In this document: positions 28,492-38,323 of the stretch, piece by piece
Numbering within the stretch: the first letter of the stretch is position 1
Layout: every line of letters begins with the position of its first letter
Assembly: GCA_965218425.1 (NCBI GenBank)
Contig: OZ244621.1
Location: forward strand, 4,160,001 to 4,224,000
Length of the DNA stretch: 64,000 nt
Source of the DNA: an uncultured Candidatus Binatia bacterium
GTDB lineage: Bacteria; Desulfobacterota; Binatia; UBA9968; CAXXLF01
Direction of reading: 5' to 3'
Translations under genes and position numbers: made by a program
The notes under the pieces: model-generated
Told to the model about the DNA's origin: nothing
What the model saw: only the letters and a program-made list of their open reading frames with translations
The model's database searches: none

Positions 28492-30772
28492 ACGAAAAGA
28501 AGACTTAAGGCTACTGCGGGGCACGGGAAAGTACGTTGCCGATATCCACCGTGTCGGCATGGTTCATGCGGCCATTCTACGCAGCACCCATGCCCATGCC
28601 CGCATTATCAATATCGACGCCACGGCAGCGACAAACCTTCCGGGGGTTATCGGTATCTTGACCGCGGCAGATATCCCCGGTATGAAGACCATCCCTATGC
28701 GCACCGGACGCATCGATGGCATGGAACGGTCGCAACAGACGCCGCTGGCCACCACCACCGTTCGTTACGTTGGTGATCCGGTGGCAGTGGTGGCGGCGGA
28801 AACCCGATACCTTGCCGAAGATGCCCTGGAGCTCGTTGAGGTGGAATACAAGCCGCTGGGCGTAGTAACAGACTCCCGGGAGAGCATGCAAGCGGGCGCC
28901 CCGCAACTCCACGAGACCGTGCCCAACAACACCCCGGCTGACTTTCAGGTCAATGTGGGGGATGTGGAAGCTGCCTTCAAGGATTCCGATCTGATCTTGG
29001 AGGAAGAGTTCTCGACCAATCGTCATGCGGCGGTGCCACTGGAAACCCGTGGTCTGGTGGCCGAGTACGACGAAGGGCGCAGACAACTCACGGTGTGGGG
29101 CCCCACCAAGATGACCCACACGAATTGGCGCATGCTCTCAGACCACCTTGGTCTGCCGCAGAGCTCCATTCAGTTTATCGAACCAGACGTGGGCGGCGGT
29201 TTCGGTGCACGGGGAGAATTTTATCCCGAAGACTTTTTGATTCCCTTCGCCTCCATCCATTTTCGTAGGCCCATCTGTTGGATCGAAGACCGTTCAGAGA
29301 ACCTGAAGGCCATGAACCAGTCGCGCCAGCAAAAGTATCGAGTCAAGGTAGGAGTTAAAAAAGACGGCACCATCATGGCACTGGATGCCGAGATGTTGTT
29401 CGATATGGGCGGTTATACGAGGACCCATGGTGGAACTCCGGCAATATCCGCCTCCTCCATTCTAAGAGGTCCCTATCGCATTAAGAACTATCGCCTCGAC
29501 GTGTTCTGCGTGCTCACGAACAAGACTCCGGTTGGCACTTACCGCGCCCCGGGACGTTACGAGGCCAATTTCGTACGCGAGCGCTTGTTAGACATGGTGG
29601 CAGGCCGCCTGGGATTGGATCCTGCTGAACTTAGAAGGCGCAATTTGATTCGCCACGACGACATGCCCTACGACCTTGGCAAGCATCCCTTTAACTCCTG
29701 GGTTTTGGATACCGGTGATTACCCCGCACAGTTTGAGAATGCCCTCGCGCGCATCAAATACGAGAAGCTCAAGGTTGATTGCCTCGCGGCAAAACGAGAG
29801 GGCCGTGCCCTTGGGATTGGAATCGGCTGTTTTGTCGAAAGCAGTGGCATCGGGCCCTGGGAGTACGCACGAGTAGAAGTGGATAATACGGGTCAGGTGG
29901 TACTCTACTCGGGCTGCAACTCCCTGGGACAGGGCATTGCCACTGCCCTGAGCCAGATTGTGGCAGACGAACTCCTGGTATCCATCGAGGACGTACGGGT
30001 CGTTCATGGGGATACCGCAAAGGTCCCCTTTGGCAACGGCAGCAACGCCAGCCGCTCAGTGGTTATGGCGGGTAGCGCCGCCGTGGGAGCATCACGCAAA
30101 GTCAAGGAGAAGCTCCTGCAGCTGGCCTCCATCGCACTGGAGATCCAACCAGCAGATCTTTTCCTTCGGAACGGAAGGGTCGTGGCCCAGGGGGCGCCGG
30201 GACGTTCCATGGGATTTGCCGATCTTGCGCGATTGGCATTGCCCGGGACGGCGCTAAAACAGGGCGTCACACCGGGCATATCCGAGGAAGACTTTTTCGC
30301 CAGCGACAAGCGCCCTTTCCCCTATGGTGCGCACATTGCCGTGGTGGAAGTGGACCGGATAACCGGCACTGTCAAAATCCTGGAATACCTGGTGATAGAA
30401 GACGTGGGCAGAAAGATCAATCCTATGATTGTGGAAGGACAGGTGATGGGCGGTCTGGCCCAGGGCATTGGCGGCGCGCTGCTGGAAGAATTCGTGTACG
30501 ACAGCGATGGCCAACCCCAGGCCACCAGCTTTATGGATTACCTGATGCCCACAGCCATGGAGATGCCCAAGGCCGTCCATCTGATTTCCACCGAGGATTT
30601 TCCCACGCCCCTCAATCCGCTGGGGGTCAAAGGTGCCGGTGAGGGGGGGATCAGTGCCGCCGGTGCAGCCCTGGCCAATGCGGTATCCAATGCCCTCGGT
30701 GTGAACGTAACCAAACTACCCTTGAAACCCGATTACCTCTGGGAATTGATCAAAAAGAGTAACGTTCGATGA
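28466..30772 (+). CDS. Xanthine dehydrogenase family (CoxL-like) molybdopterin-binding subunit
   Basis: RRKEDLRLLRG.G.Y, VGGGFG, active-site loop TYRAPGR, NPLGVKGAGEGG. Confidence 0.93.
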   Translation: MAYIGARVRRKEDLRLLRGTGKYVADIHRVGMVHAAILRSTHAHARIINIDATAATNLPGVIGILTAADIPGMKTIPMRTGRIDGMERSQQTPLATTTVRYVGDPVAVVAAETRYLAEDALELVEVEYKPLGVVTDSRESMQAGAPQLHETVPNNTPADFQVNVGDVEAAFKDSDLILEEEFSTNRHAAVPLETRGLVAEYDEGRRQLTVWGPTKMTHTNWRMLSDHLGLPQSSIQFIEPDVGGGFGARGEFYPEDFLIPFASIHFRRPICWIEDRSENLKAMNQSRQQKYRVKVGVKKDGTIMALDAEMLFDMGGYTRTHGGTPAISASSILRGPYRIKNYRLDVFCVLTNKTPVGTYRAPGRYEANFVRERLLDMVAGRLGLDPAELRRRNLIRHDDMPYDLGKHPFNSWVLDTGDYPAQFENALARIKYEKLKVDCLAAKREGRALGIGIGCFVESSGIGPWEYARVEVDNTGQVVLYSGCNSLGQGIATALSQIVADELLVSIEDVRVVHGDTAKVPFGNGSNASRSVVMAGSAAVGASRKVKEKLLQLASIALEIQPADLFLRNGRVVAQGAPGRSMGFADLARLALPGTALKQGVTPGISEEDFFASDKRPFPYGAHIAVVEVDRITGTVKILEYLVIEDVGRKINPMIVEGQVMGGLAQGIGGALLEEFVYDSDGQPQATSFMDYLMPTAMEMPKAVHLISTEDFPTPLNPLGVKGAGEGGISAAGAALANAVSNALGVNVTKLPLKPDYLWELIKKSNVR

Positions 30773-30812
30773 GGCGTCCAGAGATATACGGCAGTGTGAG
30801 GGCTCCACGAAA

Positions 30813-31319
30813 ATGGCACCCATGAACGAAAGTGCGGCCACAACCGTAGTGGAAGGCCTGAAGGCGGTTGGTGTCAGGTTGATTGTGCACCTCCCGGACA
30901 GCTGGCTTTCAGACATCGGAGAAGTGGCCGCCGGTGATCCGGAGATTCGCTATGTTCCCGTGGCCAATGAAAGCGACGGAGCGGCCATCTGCGGTGGCGC
31001 ATGGCTGGGCGGGTTGAAGGCGGCCATGGTCATGGAAAACAGCGGGCTCCTTGTTTCCACCTATGTACTGACGAGATTTCATTTGACCTTCGGTATTCCG
31101 ACCCTTCTGATTGTTTCCTATCGCGGGGACTTTGGCGACGGGAACTGGTGGAGCTCCTCTGTAGGGCACGTCACCGAACCGGTCCTTGGTTCTCTCGGGA
31201 TAGGGTATGAGGTGGCTCGTTCCAGAGACAGTATAAAGCCCGCCATTGCAAAGGCTGCCAAAAGCGGAGCGGCTTCCCTTGCCCCTACGGCGGTTCTACT
31301 GGGTATAGGGTCCATATGA
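30813..31319 (+). CDS. TPP-dependent decarboxylase alpha subunit (sulfopyruvate decarboxylase ComD-like)
   Basis: LPDSWL, VANESDG.AIC.GAWLGG, MENSGL, YRGDFGD. Confidence 0.85.
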   Translation: MAPMNESAATTVVEGLKAVGVRLIVHLPDSWLSDIGEVAAGDPEIRYVPVANESDGAAICGGAWLGGLKAAMVMENSGLLVSTYVLTRFHLTFGIPTLLIVSYRGDFGDGNWWSSSVGHVTEPVLGSLGIGYEVARSRDSIKPAIAKAAKSGAASLAPTAVLLGIGSI

Positions 31320-31942
31320 ACTCGCGCTACGAGTACCTGACCCTCTTGAACCGAGAATTGCGCGACGAGTTGATCGTGTGCAATAGCGGCGGCACACAAT
31401 ACGAACTGTTCAATATCAACGATCGGAAGGCCAACTTCTACGCTCCAGGGGTAGGCGTCGTTTGCCAGGTGGCCTTGGGAATGTCCCTTGCCGTACCCGA
31501 ACGGAAAGTCATCGCCCTGGACGGAGACGGCAGTCTTCTTTTAAATCTTGGTATCCTTCCCGTTCTAGGTCATGAGCGGCCCTCTAACCTGTTGATCATC
31601 ATCTTCGACAATGGGTTTTACGAGGCTGGAGGCAACAAGCGAAGCTTGGCAGGCTTCGAGACGAGAGTAGAGGATTTGGCGAGGGGAGCAGGAATTGATT
31701 CGGTGATGCTCATTTCGGATCTGGCGGAATTTGAAATCCATATAAAGACCAACCTCACCAGTCCCGGATTCTGCTTTTTCGTCGTAAAGACCCAGCCAGG
31801 TCGAGTCGGGGGCGATCCAAAGACCAATTCCGGAATGGAAATCAAATTTCGCTTTGCCCGCTATGTGGAAGAGAGCCTGGGACGAAGCATCTTTCAAGCA
31901 CCTACGCAAAGCTTTAAAAACGCAAATCCTAGCAGTAAATAA
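31316..31942 (+). CDS. TPP-dependent decarboxylase beta subunit (ComE-like)
   Basis: TPP motif DGDGSLLLNLG...DNG.Y. ATGA overlap with the alpha subunit gene. Confidence 0.87.
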   Translation: MNSRYEYLTLLNRELRDELIVCNSGGTQYELFNINDRKANFYAPGVGVVCQVALGMSLAVPERKVIALDGDGSLLLNLGILPVLGHERPSNLLIIIFDNGFYEAGGNKRSLAGFETRVEDLARGAGIDSVMLISDLAEFEIHIKTNLTSPGFCFFVVKTQPGRVGGDPKTNSGMEIKFRFARYVEESLGRSIFQAPTQSFKNANPSSK

Positions 31943-31993
31943 AACTCATCATAGTCTGCAAAGCGCCATCCGTTAAAGGAGGAGGGGACCCCA

Positions 31994-32836
31994 ATGATTA
32001 TTTCAGAAAATTCTGAGTCCTATCGGATGATTACCCAAAACGACCATGGCGATCTGGCCGGTCAGTTTGCCGCCCATTGGGGAAACGAACTATTTGCGAG
32101 ACTCAATCCCTACCAACCCATGGTTCTGGCGGCAGAGGCCCACGACAACGGCTGGTGGGATTGGGACATTCATCCTTCCATTGATGACGAGGGGGCACCC
32201 CTTACCTTCACGCGAACGCCGCGGGAATTCAGGTCACACTTTTACGGCAAAGGGATCGATAACGTTATTGAGAGAGATCTCTATGCGGGTCTCATTGTCA
32301 GCATGCACGGAACCGGATTGGTTCAACAACGATACGGGACCATGCCCTCCATGGTGAACCGGGAAGATGCATACTCCAAGAAATTCGTGTCCGAGCGTGA
32401 GCCCACCCATGAGGGCATGATTGAAAAACTCCGCAGGATGGAACCCTATGCGCTGTTAACCAGCAAGGAGCAGATCTGGCACAATTACTTGATGATGCAG
32501 GTCTTCGACCGCCTATCTCTGTTTTTTTGCTCCAACTATGACATTATGGCAGTTGCCACCAGCGGGTCCCATACCAAAGAAGGGGGGAGCTATTACGGAC
32601 CGTCCATCCAACCAACTCCTGTGAAGCCTGGTGAATCGGAAGCTGAGCTAACACTTCAAGTTCTGGACAATAAAACCGTCATCGTGGACCCTTACCCCTT
32701 CGATGAAACGCCGCTCAGGACAGGCGTTCGCGGCAAGTTGATTCCCAAGGTCAGGTACAACTCACAGGAAGAGTTCCGAGAAATCTTCGGCAAAGCGCAG
32801 CGCCAACTGTTCGAGTTTACGCTTCGGGCCAGGTAA
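31994..32836 (+). CDS. DUF3891-like protein
   Basis: ITQ.DH..LAGQFA.HWG, HDNGW, LIVSMH, D.LSL.FC, VDPYPF. Confidence 0.75.
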   Translation: MIISENSESYRMITQNDHGDLAGQFAAHWGNELFARLNPYQPMVLAAEAHDNGWWDWDIHPSIDDEGAPLTFTRTPREFRSHFYGKGIDNVIERDLYAGLIVSMHGTGLVQQRYGTMPSMVNREDAYSKKFVSEREPTHEGMIEKLRRMEPYALLTSKEQIWHNYLMMQVFDRLSLFFCSNYDIMAVATSGSHTKEGGSYYGPSIQPTPVKPGESEAELTLQVLDNKTVIVDPYPFDETPLRTGVRGKLIPKVRYNSQEEFREIFGKAQRQLFEFTLRAR

Positions 32837-33000
32837 TCAGGACGGCTGGTGATCTTTGGAAGTGTACTTCGCCCATGGCATGAGTTCTTCCCCCGTTGTC
32901 AGAGATCTAATCATCCGTGGTGAGACAATTTTCTTGGATTCTCGACATTTAGAGAATTGGCTTGAACCTGCCCGAGTCGTCAAGATAGTATGAACCAGAT

Positions 33001-34119
33001 ATGAAAGACCGAAACCAGAAATCATCCCCCACCATTGAGATCCGAGGACTATCCAAACGTTTTGTCAGTCAACGCGATCGAGTCATTGCCGTAAAAGACC
33101 TCAACCTGGACATCAAAGCAGGTGAGTTAGTAGCCTTTTTAGGGCCTTCCGGCACGGGCAAGACTACCTTACTGCGCCTCATTGCAGGCTTCGAGAGACC
33201 GGACAGCGGGACCATCAGCATTGATGGGCGACCTGTCGTGGACGTGAGCGGCGATATTGATGTCACTCCTGAGCGACGCAACGTGGGCATGATCTTTCAG
33301 GACTATTCCCTCTTCCCCCACCTGACGGTTGTTGACAACGTAGCCTTTGGGATCAAAAACCTCGCGGACAGCCAGCGTCGAGTGCTAGAGGTATTGGAAT
33401 TGGTGGGTCTCGCCGGCATGCAAAATCGCTACCCCCACCAACTGTCCGGAGGACAGCAACAGCGGGTTGCCCTTGCACGGACCCTTGCACCCCACCCCTC
33501 TGTGATCCTCATGGACGAGCCATTCAATGCTCTGGATGCAACCCTGCGCCCCCAGGTACGGGAACAGGTGGAGGAGATTCTCAGACAAAGCGGGACCACC
33601 GCGATACTAGTGACCCATGATGCTGAGGAAGCCATGATCATGGCAGACCGGGTTGCTGTGGTTTGCAATGGTGGACTGGAACAGGTGGGAACACCGGAGG
33701 AGGTGTACTATCATCCGAAAACCCTGTTTGTTGCCAAGACCGTGGCACAGGCAGACCCTCTGCCGGGAGTCGCTTTTAACGGCAATATACACACAGAGGT
33801 GGGTGATTTTCCATGTCCGTCCAATATCCCCCCGGGAGACGTACACGTTGCGGTCTACCATGACGCGGTGAGTTACAAATCCGGCGGAATATGCGCCACG
33901 GTGGAGAAACGGGCGTTTAGGGGAGAGTTGATTTACCGCCTGCGTCTTGCCTCAGGGACCATCATACATATGGAGCAACGAACCCGGGGCACATGGTCCG
34001 TAGGAGAGCAGATATCTATTGGGGTCTCCTTTCCTAATGTCATCGTATTTCCAGCTCAAAGTGCAGAGAAACCCACTGTCTACAGCCACCTACGGGAACA
34101 GCCCGAGAAGGCCGAATAG
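33001..34119 (+). CDS. ABC transporter ATP-binding protein (FbpC/PotA type), no adjacent permease
   Basis: GPSGTGKT, LSGGQQQRVALAR, LMDEPF, TOBE-like tail. Confidence 0.92.
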   Translation: MKDRNQKSSPTIEIRGLSKRFVSQRDRVIAVKDLNLDIKAGELVAFLGPSGTGKTTLLRLIAGFERPDSGTISIDGRPVVDVSGDIDVTPERRNVGMIFQDYSLFPHLTVVDNVAFGIKNLADSQRRVLEVLELVGLAGMQNRYPHQLSGGQQQRVALARTLAPHPSVILMDEPFNALDATLRPQVREQVEEILRQSGTTAILVTHDAEEAMIMADRVAVVCNGGLEQVGTPEEVYYHPKTLFVAKTVAQADPLPGVAFNGNIHTEVGDFPCPSNIPPGDVHVAVYHDAVSYKSGGICATVEKRAFRGELIYRLRLASGTIIHMEQRTRGTWSVGEQISIGVSFPNVIVFPAQSAEKPTVYSHLREQPEKAE

Positions 34120-34145
34120 AAAATTACCTAGAGCAGTTTCAGATG

Positions 34146-34235
34146 GCTTTGCGCCATGTTCTGCAATCTCTGATCCCTACTCCTATTTATCCTCCAGCCT
34201 CGAATCTCATTCCTTGTGCCTCACCACTCAGTACC
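34146..34235 (+). repeat. Mosaic spacer between convergent genes
   Basis: GCTTTGCGCCATG...TATCCTCCAGCCTCGAATC-TCATTCCTTGTGCCTCACCACTCAGT. Confidence 0.82.
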
Positions 34236-34252
34236 AAGCGCCTTGGCGCTTA

Positions 34253-34630
34253 TTATCCGTGGGTGGACTGACTTCCCGGAACTGTCACCGTAATATGCGA
34301 CATGGAAGAGTCTGCCTTCGCGCCATGCCAATGACGCTCGCCAGCCTTGATGTGCACCACATCCCCCACCGTTATCTCACTCTCTTCTTTGTCGGTGGCC
34401 ACCATGCCTCTGCCGGCAGTGATTATTAAAATCTGGTCACAGTTGTGAGTATGCCATCCCGTGGTGGCACCCTTGTGGAAGTTGACCATGTTAGAGCGAA
34501 AGTTATTGGAATCCTCCTCACCGATAATAACTTGCCGTGTCCGGCTTACCTCGCCGCCGGTCCACCCGGGAATCGGAGTTGCGCTGTCCATGGGCTTTTC
34601 GGGCAACTTCTTAATTGTAAGTACACGCAT
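34253..34630 (-). CDS. Cupin_2 domain protein
   Basis: SD AAGGAGGTG, WHTH..DQIL..T.G.G, GDVVHI.AGE.HWHGA. Confidence 0.9.
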   Translation of the reverse strand: MRVLTIKKLPEKPMDSATPIPGWTGGEVSRTRQVIIGEEDSNNFRSNMVNFHKGATTGWHTHNCDQILIITAGRGMVATDKEESEITVGDVVHIKAGERHWHGAKADSSMSHITVTVPGSQSTHG

Positions 34631-34735
34631 ACGTATTGTCACCTCCTTATTTTTTTGGCAGTCTATTTCCCGCAGGACATGAATGTCAATTCCAATAAGT
34701 TTTGGTCGGAGCAACGACTTCACTCAATATGGCTT

Positions 34736-35068
34736 TCCCTCTGCTTGTTGTTCATCTCGATTTACGTATTTTGCCTTTTTCCTTTTAACGTGTACTTTTT
34801 CTCATCTCATTCTCATCAATTCTCGATCCTTTATCCTCAATCTTCGGCTCGTTCCCCGAATTCTCTATCCCCTACTCCCTTGTTCTAGTCCTTTGCTCTT
34901 TTTTCCTTTGATTACGAGCACGAACACGTCCTTTCCCCTTGTCCATCGTCCCGTAGTCCAGCTGTCTTTCCCGCTCTATGCTTCTTTCCCTCTCTCCCTA
35001 ACACTCAACACTTAACACCTCTCCGCCTACACCCAACCCTCTAATCCCTGGTCTTATCACTTTGCGCC
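34736..35068 (+). repeat. Longest mosaic spacer, about 10 modules in series
   Basis: Contains CTGC, TTTTGCC, CGATCCT, CCCTA, ACGAGC/ACGAAC, GTAGTCC, AACAC and GGTCTTATCACTTTGCGCC modules. Confidence 0.9.
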
Positions 35069-36514
35069 CCTGTCAAGCCATCAAATAATCTAACCCTAGC
35101 CGGGTTCGTTGCGTCATGACAAAATCTAACCGAACTTCTGTGACATCTGTCGTTTTATCTCCTGTTGCTGGCCCTGCAGTTTCTTGCTAAACGTCCACTC
35201 CCTCCACGGCGTGTGTTTCAGAGGCGGCCTTTCCCGCGGTGCTCTGTCTGAATGGCTGGCCAGCTTGTAGAGCCCCTGAAGTTGCTCATCGATTCGGCCA
35301 CAGAGCTCAAAGGGATCGGTTGTCTTAAGCGTGTGACTGAGGGCTGCCAGCTTTTTGGGATCTCCCTTTCGGGACTCCACCACTCGCTCAAGGGGGCTAC
35401 GGGGCATGTCATAGCGGCGAATCAGTCGAGAGCCTTTACGGATTTTACATTGTAGCTTCATCGAGGGCTGGAACAGATTGTGGAAGATCCTAAGCTCATC
35501 ATAGAGTCGGTTGGTAACCTCTAAGGCCTTTGCCGTGTCGTAGCGGTCCCAGCCTATAAGCTTTCTGACATGGGTCCAGTTTTTCTGCTCGATGTGGGCG
35601 TTGTCGTCCTTTTTGTAGGGGCGTGAGCGGGTGAACTGGATGACGCGGCCAGATGGGCGTTGTTGACACAAGGTAAGAAGTTGGTTGTTGATGAACTCGC
35701 TGCCGTTGTCGGAGTCGATCCCCTTGAGGGGGAAAGGAAGTTGGTGTTCGATCTCGGTGACCGCATTCAAGATACCGAGGCTGCCCTTACCCATGACAGC
35801 CTTGCGCTGTACCCAGCAGGTGGTAATGTCCACGCAGTCCAGGCTATGAATAAACTCCCCAACCGCTGAGGCCCCTGAGTGTAACACCAGGTCAATCTCC
35901 AGATAGCCCGGAGTGTTCACGTCCCAATGATCGGTCTTGATGGGAATCATCTGCTTTAGCAGTGATCCGGGCCGGGTGGTGCCATAGACTCGCCGTTTCG
36001 CCCTGTGCTTGGTTGCCCTCAGGCGCCGATCCATCTGACGGGCACTGATAGCCAATAGCTGGATCTCTAACGGTTGGCTCAGCTCGAAGTGTTGCCTTAT
36101 CCAGGGCAGCCAGTGCACCAGGGCGGCCTTCAGACGTTGGGAGCACAGATACCCCGAGGCCTCCCACACCTTTGCCAAAATCCTTACCATCGCCTGACTG
36201 TATGCAGGCGAGCGAGATACACTTCGTTTGCGTACGGCTACTTCGGGCACAGGGCGGTTTAACAGCCAGATGGCATATTTACGGTTGTAGCCGCAAACCT
36301 TGCAGAATTGCTCCAGGATCATCCCCTTCTCCGCCCGTGGTGCGTGCTGGTAGCGGTCATAGATGGATCGTAAATACTCCCGCTTGGATCGTCGTGCCAT
36401 GATGAATCCTTCCATGGTTGCCCTCCTTGAGCCCTAAAATGAGCCCTTGGAGGGTTAGAATTACAAATGGCGCAACGAATGGTCTTAGGGTTAGATTATA
36501 CATGGCGCAATACG
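35069..36514 (-). mobile_element. Insertion sequence with DDE (rve-type) transposase and bipartite terminal inverted repeats
   Basis: Each end has two copies of a GCCAT-N4/5-AATCTAACC-like unit (35077-35131 and inverted 36452-36510). Candidate 5-bp target duplication GCGCC at 35064-35068 and 36515-36519. Exact ends are uncertain by a few bp. Confidence 0.85.
35126..36415 (-). CDS. DDE-type transposase (integrase core, ISNCY/IS481-like)
   Basis: GYLEIDLV.H, IDSDNGSEFIN, FTRSRPYKKDDNAHIEQKN. N-terminal HTH GYNRKYAI. Confidence 0.92.
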   Translation of the reverse strand: MEGFIMARRSKREYLRSIYDRYQHAPRAEKGMILEQFCKVCGYNRKYAIWLLNRPVPEVAVRKRSVSRSPAYSQAMVRILAKVWEASGYLCSQRLKAALVHWLPWIRQHFELSQPLEIQLLAISARQMDRRLRATKHRAKRRVYGTTRPGSLLKQMIPIKTDHWDVNTPGYLEIDLVLHSGASAVGEFIHSLDCVDITTCWVQRKAVMGKGSLGILNAVTEIEHQLPFPLKGIDSDNGSEFINNQLLTLCQQRPSGRVIQFTRSRPYKKDDNAHIEQKNWTHVRKLIGWDRYDTAKALEVTNRLYDELRIFHNLFQPSMKLQCKIRKGSRLIRRYDMPRSPLERVVESRKGDPKKLAALSHTLKTTDPFELCGRIDEQLQGLYKLASHSDRAPRERPPLKHTPWREWTFSKKLQGQQQEIKRQMSQKFG

Positions 36515-36519
36515 GCGCC

Positions 36520-36548
36520 TTGACCTCATGAACCTTATGGAATACCCT
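36520..36548 (+). promoter_or_regulatory. Putative sigma70 promoter immediately outside the IS end
   Basis: TTGACC-N17-TACCCT. Confidence 0.4.
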
Positions 36549-36599
36549 TGATCCGAAGTTGGCGCAGGGTCGGAGGACTCATTGAAGGGAGGGAACTCC

Positions 36600-37502
36600 A
36601 TGAGCATGAGACTCGTTTTGGAAACCACGGCTCCTTTCCAGGGGCTACCAGAATTGGTGGCTCATAAGGAGGGATTGTTCGCCGCCGAGGGGTTGGAGGT
36701 GGAGTTTGTCAAAAGAGGCGAGAACGCACCCACAAAGGTGGACCCCACCATCACAAGCCACACCGCCGCTAACGCGTTCGGGAGCCATGGAAGCAGTGCG
36801 GAGCAGGGGAAAGCGGCCATGTTCAACGCCTGCGAGTGGGGCAACTATTGCCGTGTGGAGCAGTCCTCTACTGGCGGCCGCCAGCTGGGCCGTCGAGCCA
36901 TCGTCACTTACGGTGCCATCGCAGTTGCGCCGGATTCCGATATTTATACGCCCCAACAGCTTGCGCACAAAACCGTGGGTGTGCCCTACTACGCCGGTAC
37001 TCACTACCTCGCAATGCTAATGTTGGAAGGGTTCCTCCCGCGGGAGGCAGTCAAGACCTGCCTTGCGCCCAACGGCGCCAAGCTTCGATTGGCTGCCCTG
37101 CTGAACGACGAAATGGACGCTACCACCATCACCGAGCCCTACATCACCGTCGCCGAGCGCAAGGGCTGCCGCATCGTTGTGGAGGCCCCCTATCACGGAA
37201 CCGAGGTGGCCAGTCCGTCGGTGGACGGAGCAACCTACGCTGCCTTCAACCGCGCCGTACGGGAAGCGGTTCATCGTATCAACACCAACAAGCGAAAGTA
37301 CCTCCAATATTTTATCGACCATCACAAGGCCGACCCAGACGTGGCGGCGCTCAACGTGGACGATTTGCGGCCTTCGCGGCTGATTGTCGTAGAGCCCGGC
37401 CCCATCCCAGAGGACGAGTTGCAGCGAACCTACGAGTGGATGCGTGGTTGGAATTTGCTGGGGGAGATGGACTGGCGGTCCCTGGTTGCCAATCGCCAGT
37501 AA
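36600..37502 (+). CDS. SsuA/THI5 (NMT1)-like substrate-binding-fold protein, no signal peptide
   Basis: LPELVA..EGLFAAEGLEVEF, SDIYTPQQLA.K.VGV, DATT..EPY...AE..G.R. Confidence 0.8.
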   Translation: MSMRLVLETTAPFQGLPELVAHKEGLFAAEGLEVEFVKRGENAPTKVDPTITSHTAANAFGSHGSSAEQGKAAMFNACEWGNYCRVEQSSTGGRQLGRRAIVTYGAIAVAPDSDIYTPQQLAHKTVGVPYYAGTHYLAMLMLEGFLPREAVKTCLAPNGAKLRLAALLNDEMDATTITEPYITVAERKGCRIVVEAPYHGTEVASPSVDGATYAAFNRAVREAVHRINTNKRKYLQYFIDHHKADPDVAALNVDDLRPSRLIVVEPGPIPEDELQRTYEWMRGWNLLGEMDWRSLVANRQ

Positions 37503-38323
37503 CACGTCTCCCGCAGCTCGGCTACCATCCACCCCGGTCATCAGAGGTGGAGATCAAAGACTTAACCATGGGCTCAATAATCATCTTGTTGGTGGCGTTG
37601 GTGTTGCCTTGTGCGGCTAATGCCACCGGACTCAAACGTTGTATAGACCGCAGGTAACAGCATCAGCAAGCCAAACTCAATGTCTTGAGGTCCGGCCGGC
37701 GGCCTGAGCGCATCGATAAAATGCATATGCCGCCCCTAGCGCAGGCGGTCCTCGAGATTTACAATGTGGCCTTTAGTCCGAAGTAGGCAAAGTTAGAAGT
37801 ATGGCCGGGTCCTCGAAAAGAGGCGTCCCTCTTTACTCAGTGGACTTCGCGGCGGCCACGCATCGAGCACGAAGTTTCAGATTACGCTACCCCATGAGCC
37901 CGGTAGGTAGTGTTGGGAGGTTAGCTTTAGACAGACCGACGATGGTCGTATGATCCCGGGGGAGCCAAAAAAGCTTTGTACCTTACTGAAAACAAAACCA
38001 ATAACCTGCTCTTCCGCAGAAGTGACCCCAAATCCTTCAGTACTAAATTGCTGCTGTCACTTCCATCTCCAACAGGCTTGTGTCCCCGGCAAATCCGTCC
38101 ACGAAGACGAATTCAAGCTGAGGCACTTCAGCTCTGTTCGCTTTCTTGAGAACCCCCTGGAGTGTCTCCAACCTCTGAGTGCGACTGAGATGCGAAAATT
38201 TATATATAGTTATACCCGGTTAAGGTGAGATCAAATGACTGGTCGTGCGGCCCACTATGCCAACGGCAGATTAAGCTTCAACCATTCCGCACAACCTTCC
38301 AGCTATAAAATATCTAAATCAAT

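Noticed and set aside
28466..30772. Aerobic CO dehydrogenase CoxL
   Set aside because: The active-site loop is TYRAPGR, not the form I AYXCSFR, so it is only a family-level Mo-hydroxylase.
36836..37657. 273-aa alternative-frame ORF
   Set aside because: Shadow of the GC-rich SBP-like gene, R/P-rich. Only the last ~30 codons (a signal-peptide-like stub at 37568) may be a remnant.
37660..38320. Unannotated 650-bp gap as an ncRNA or gene (also 18735-19080)
   Set aside because: No convincing ORF, tRNA cloverleaf or repeat found. Probably decayed DNA.
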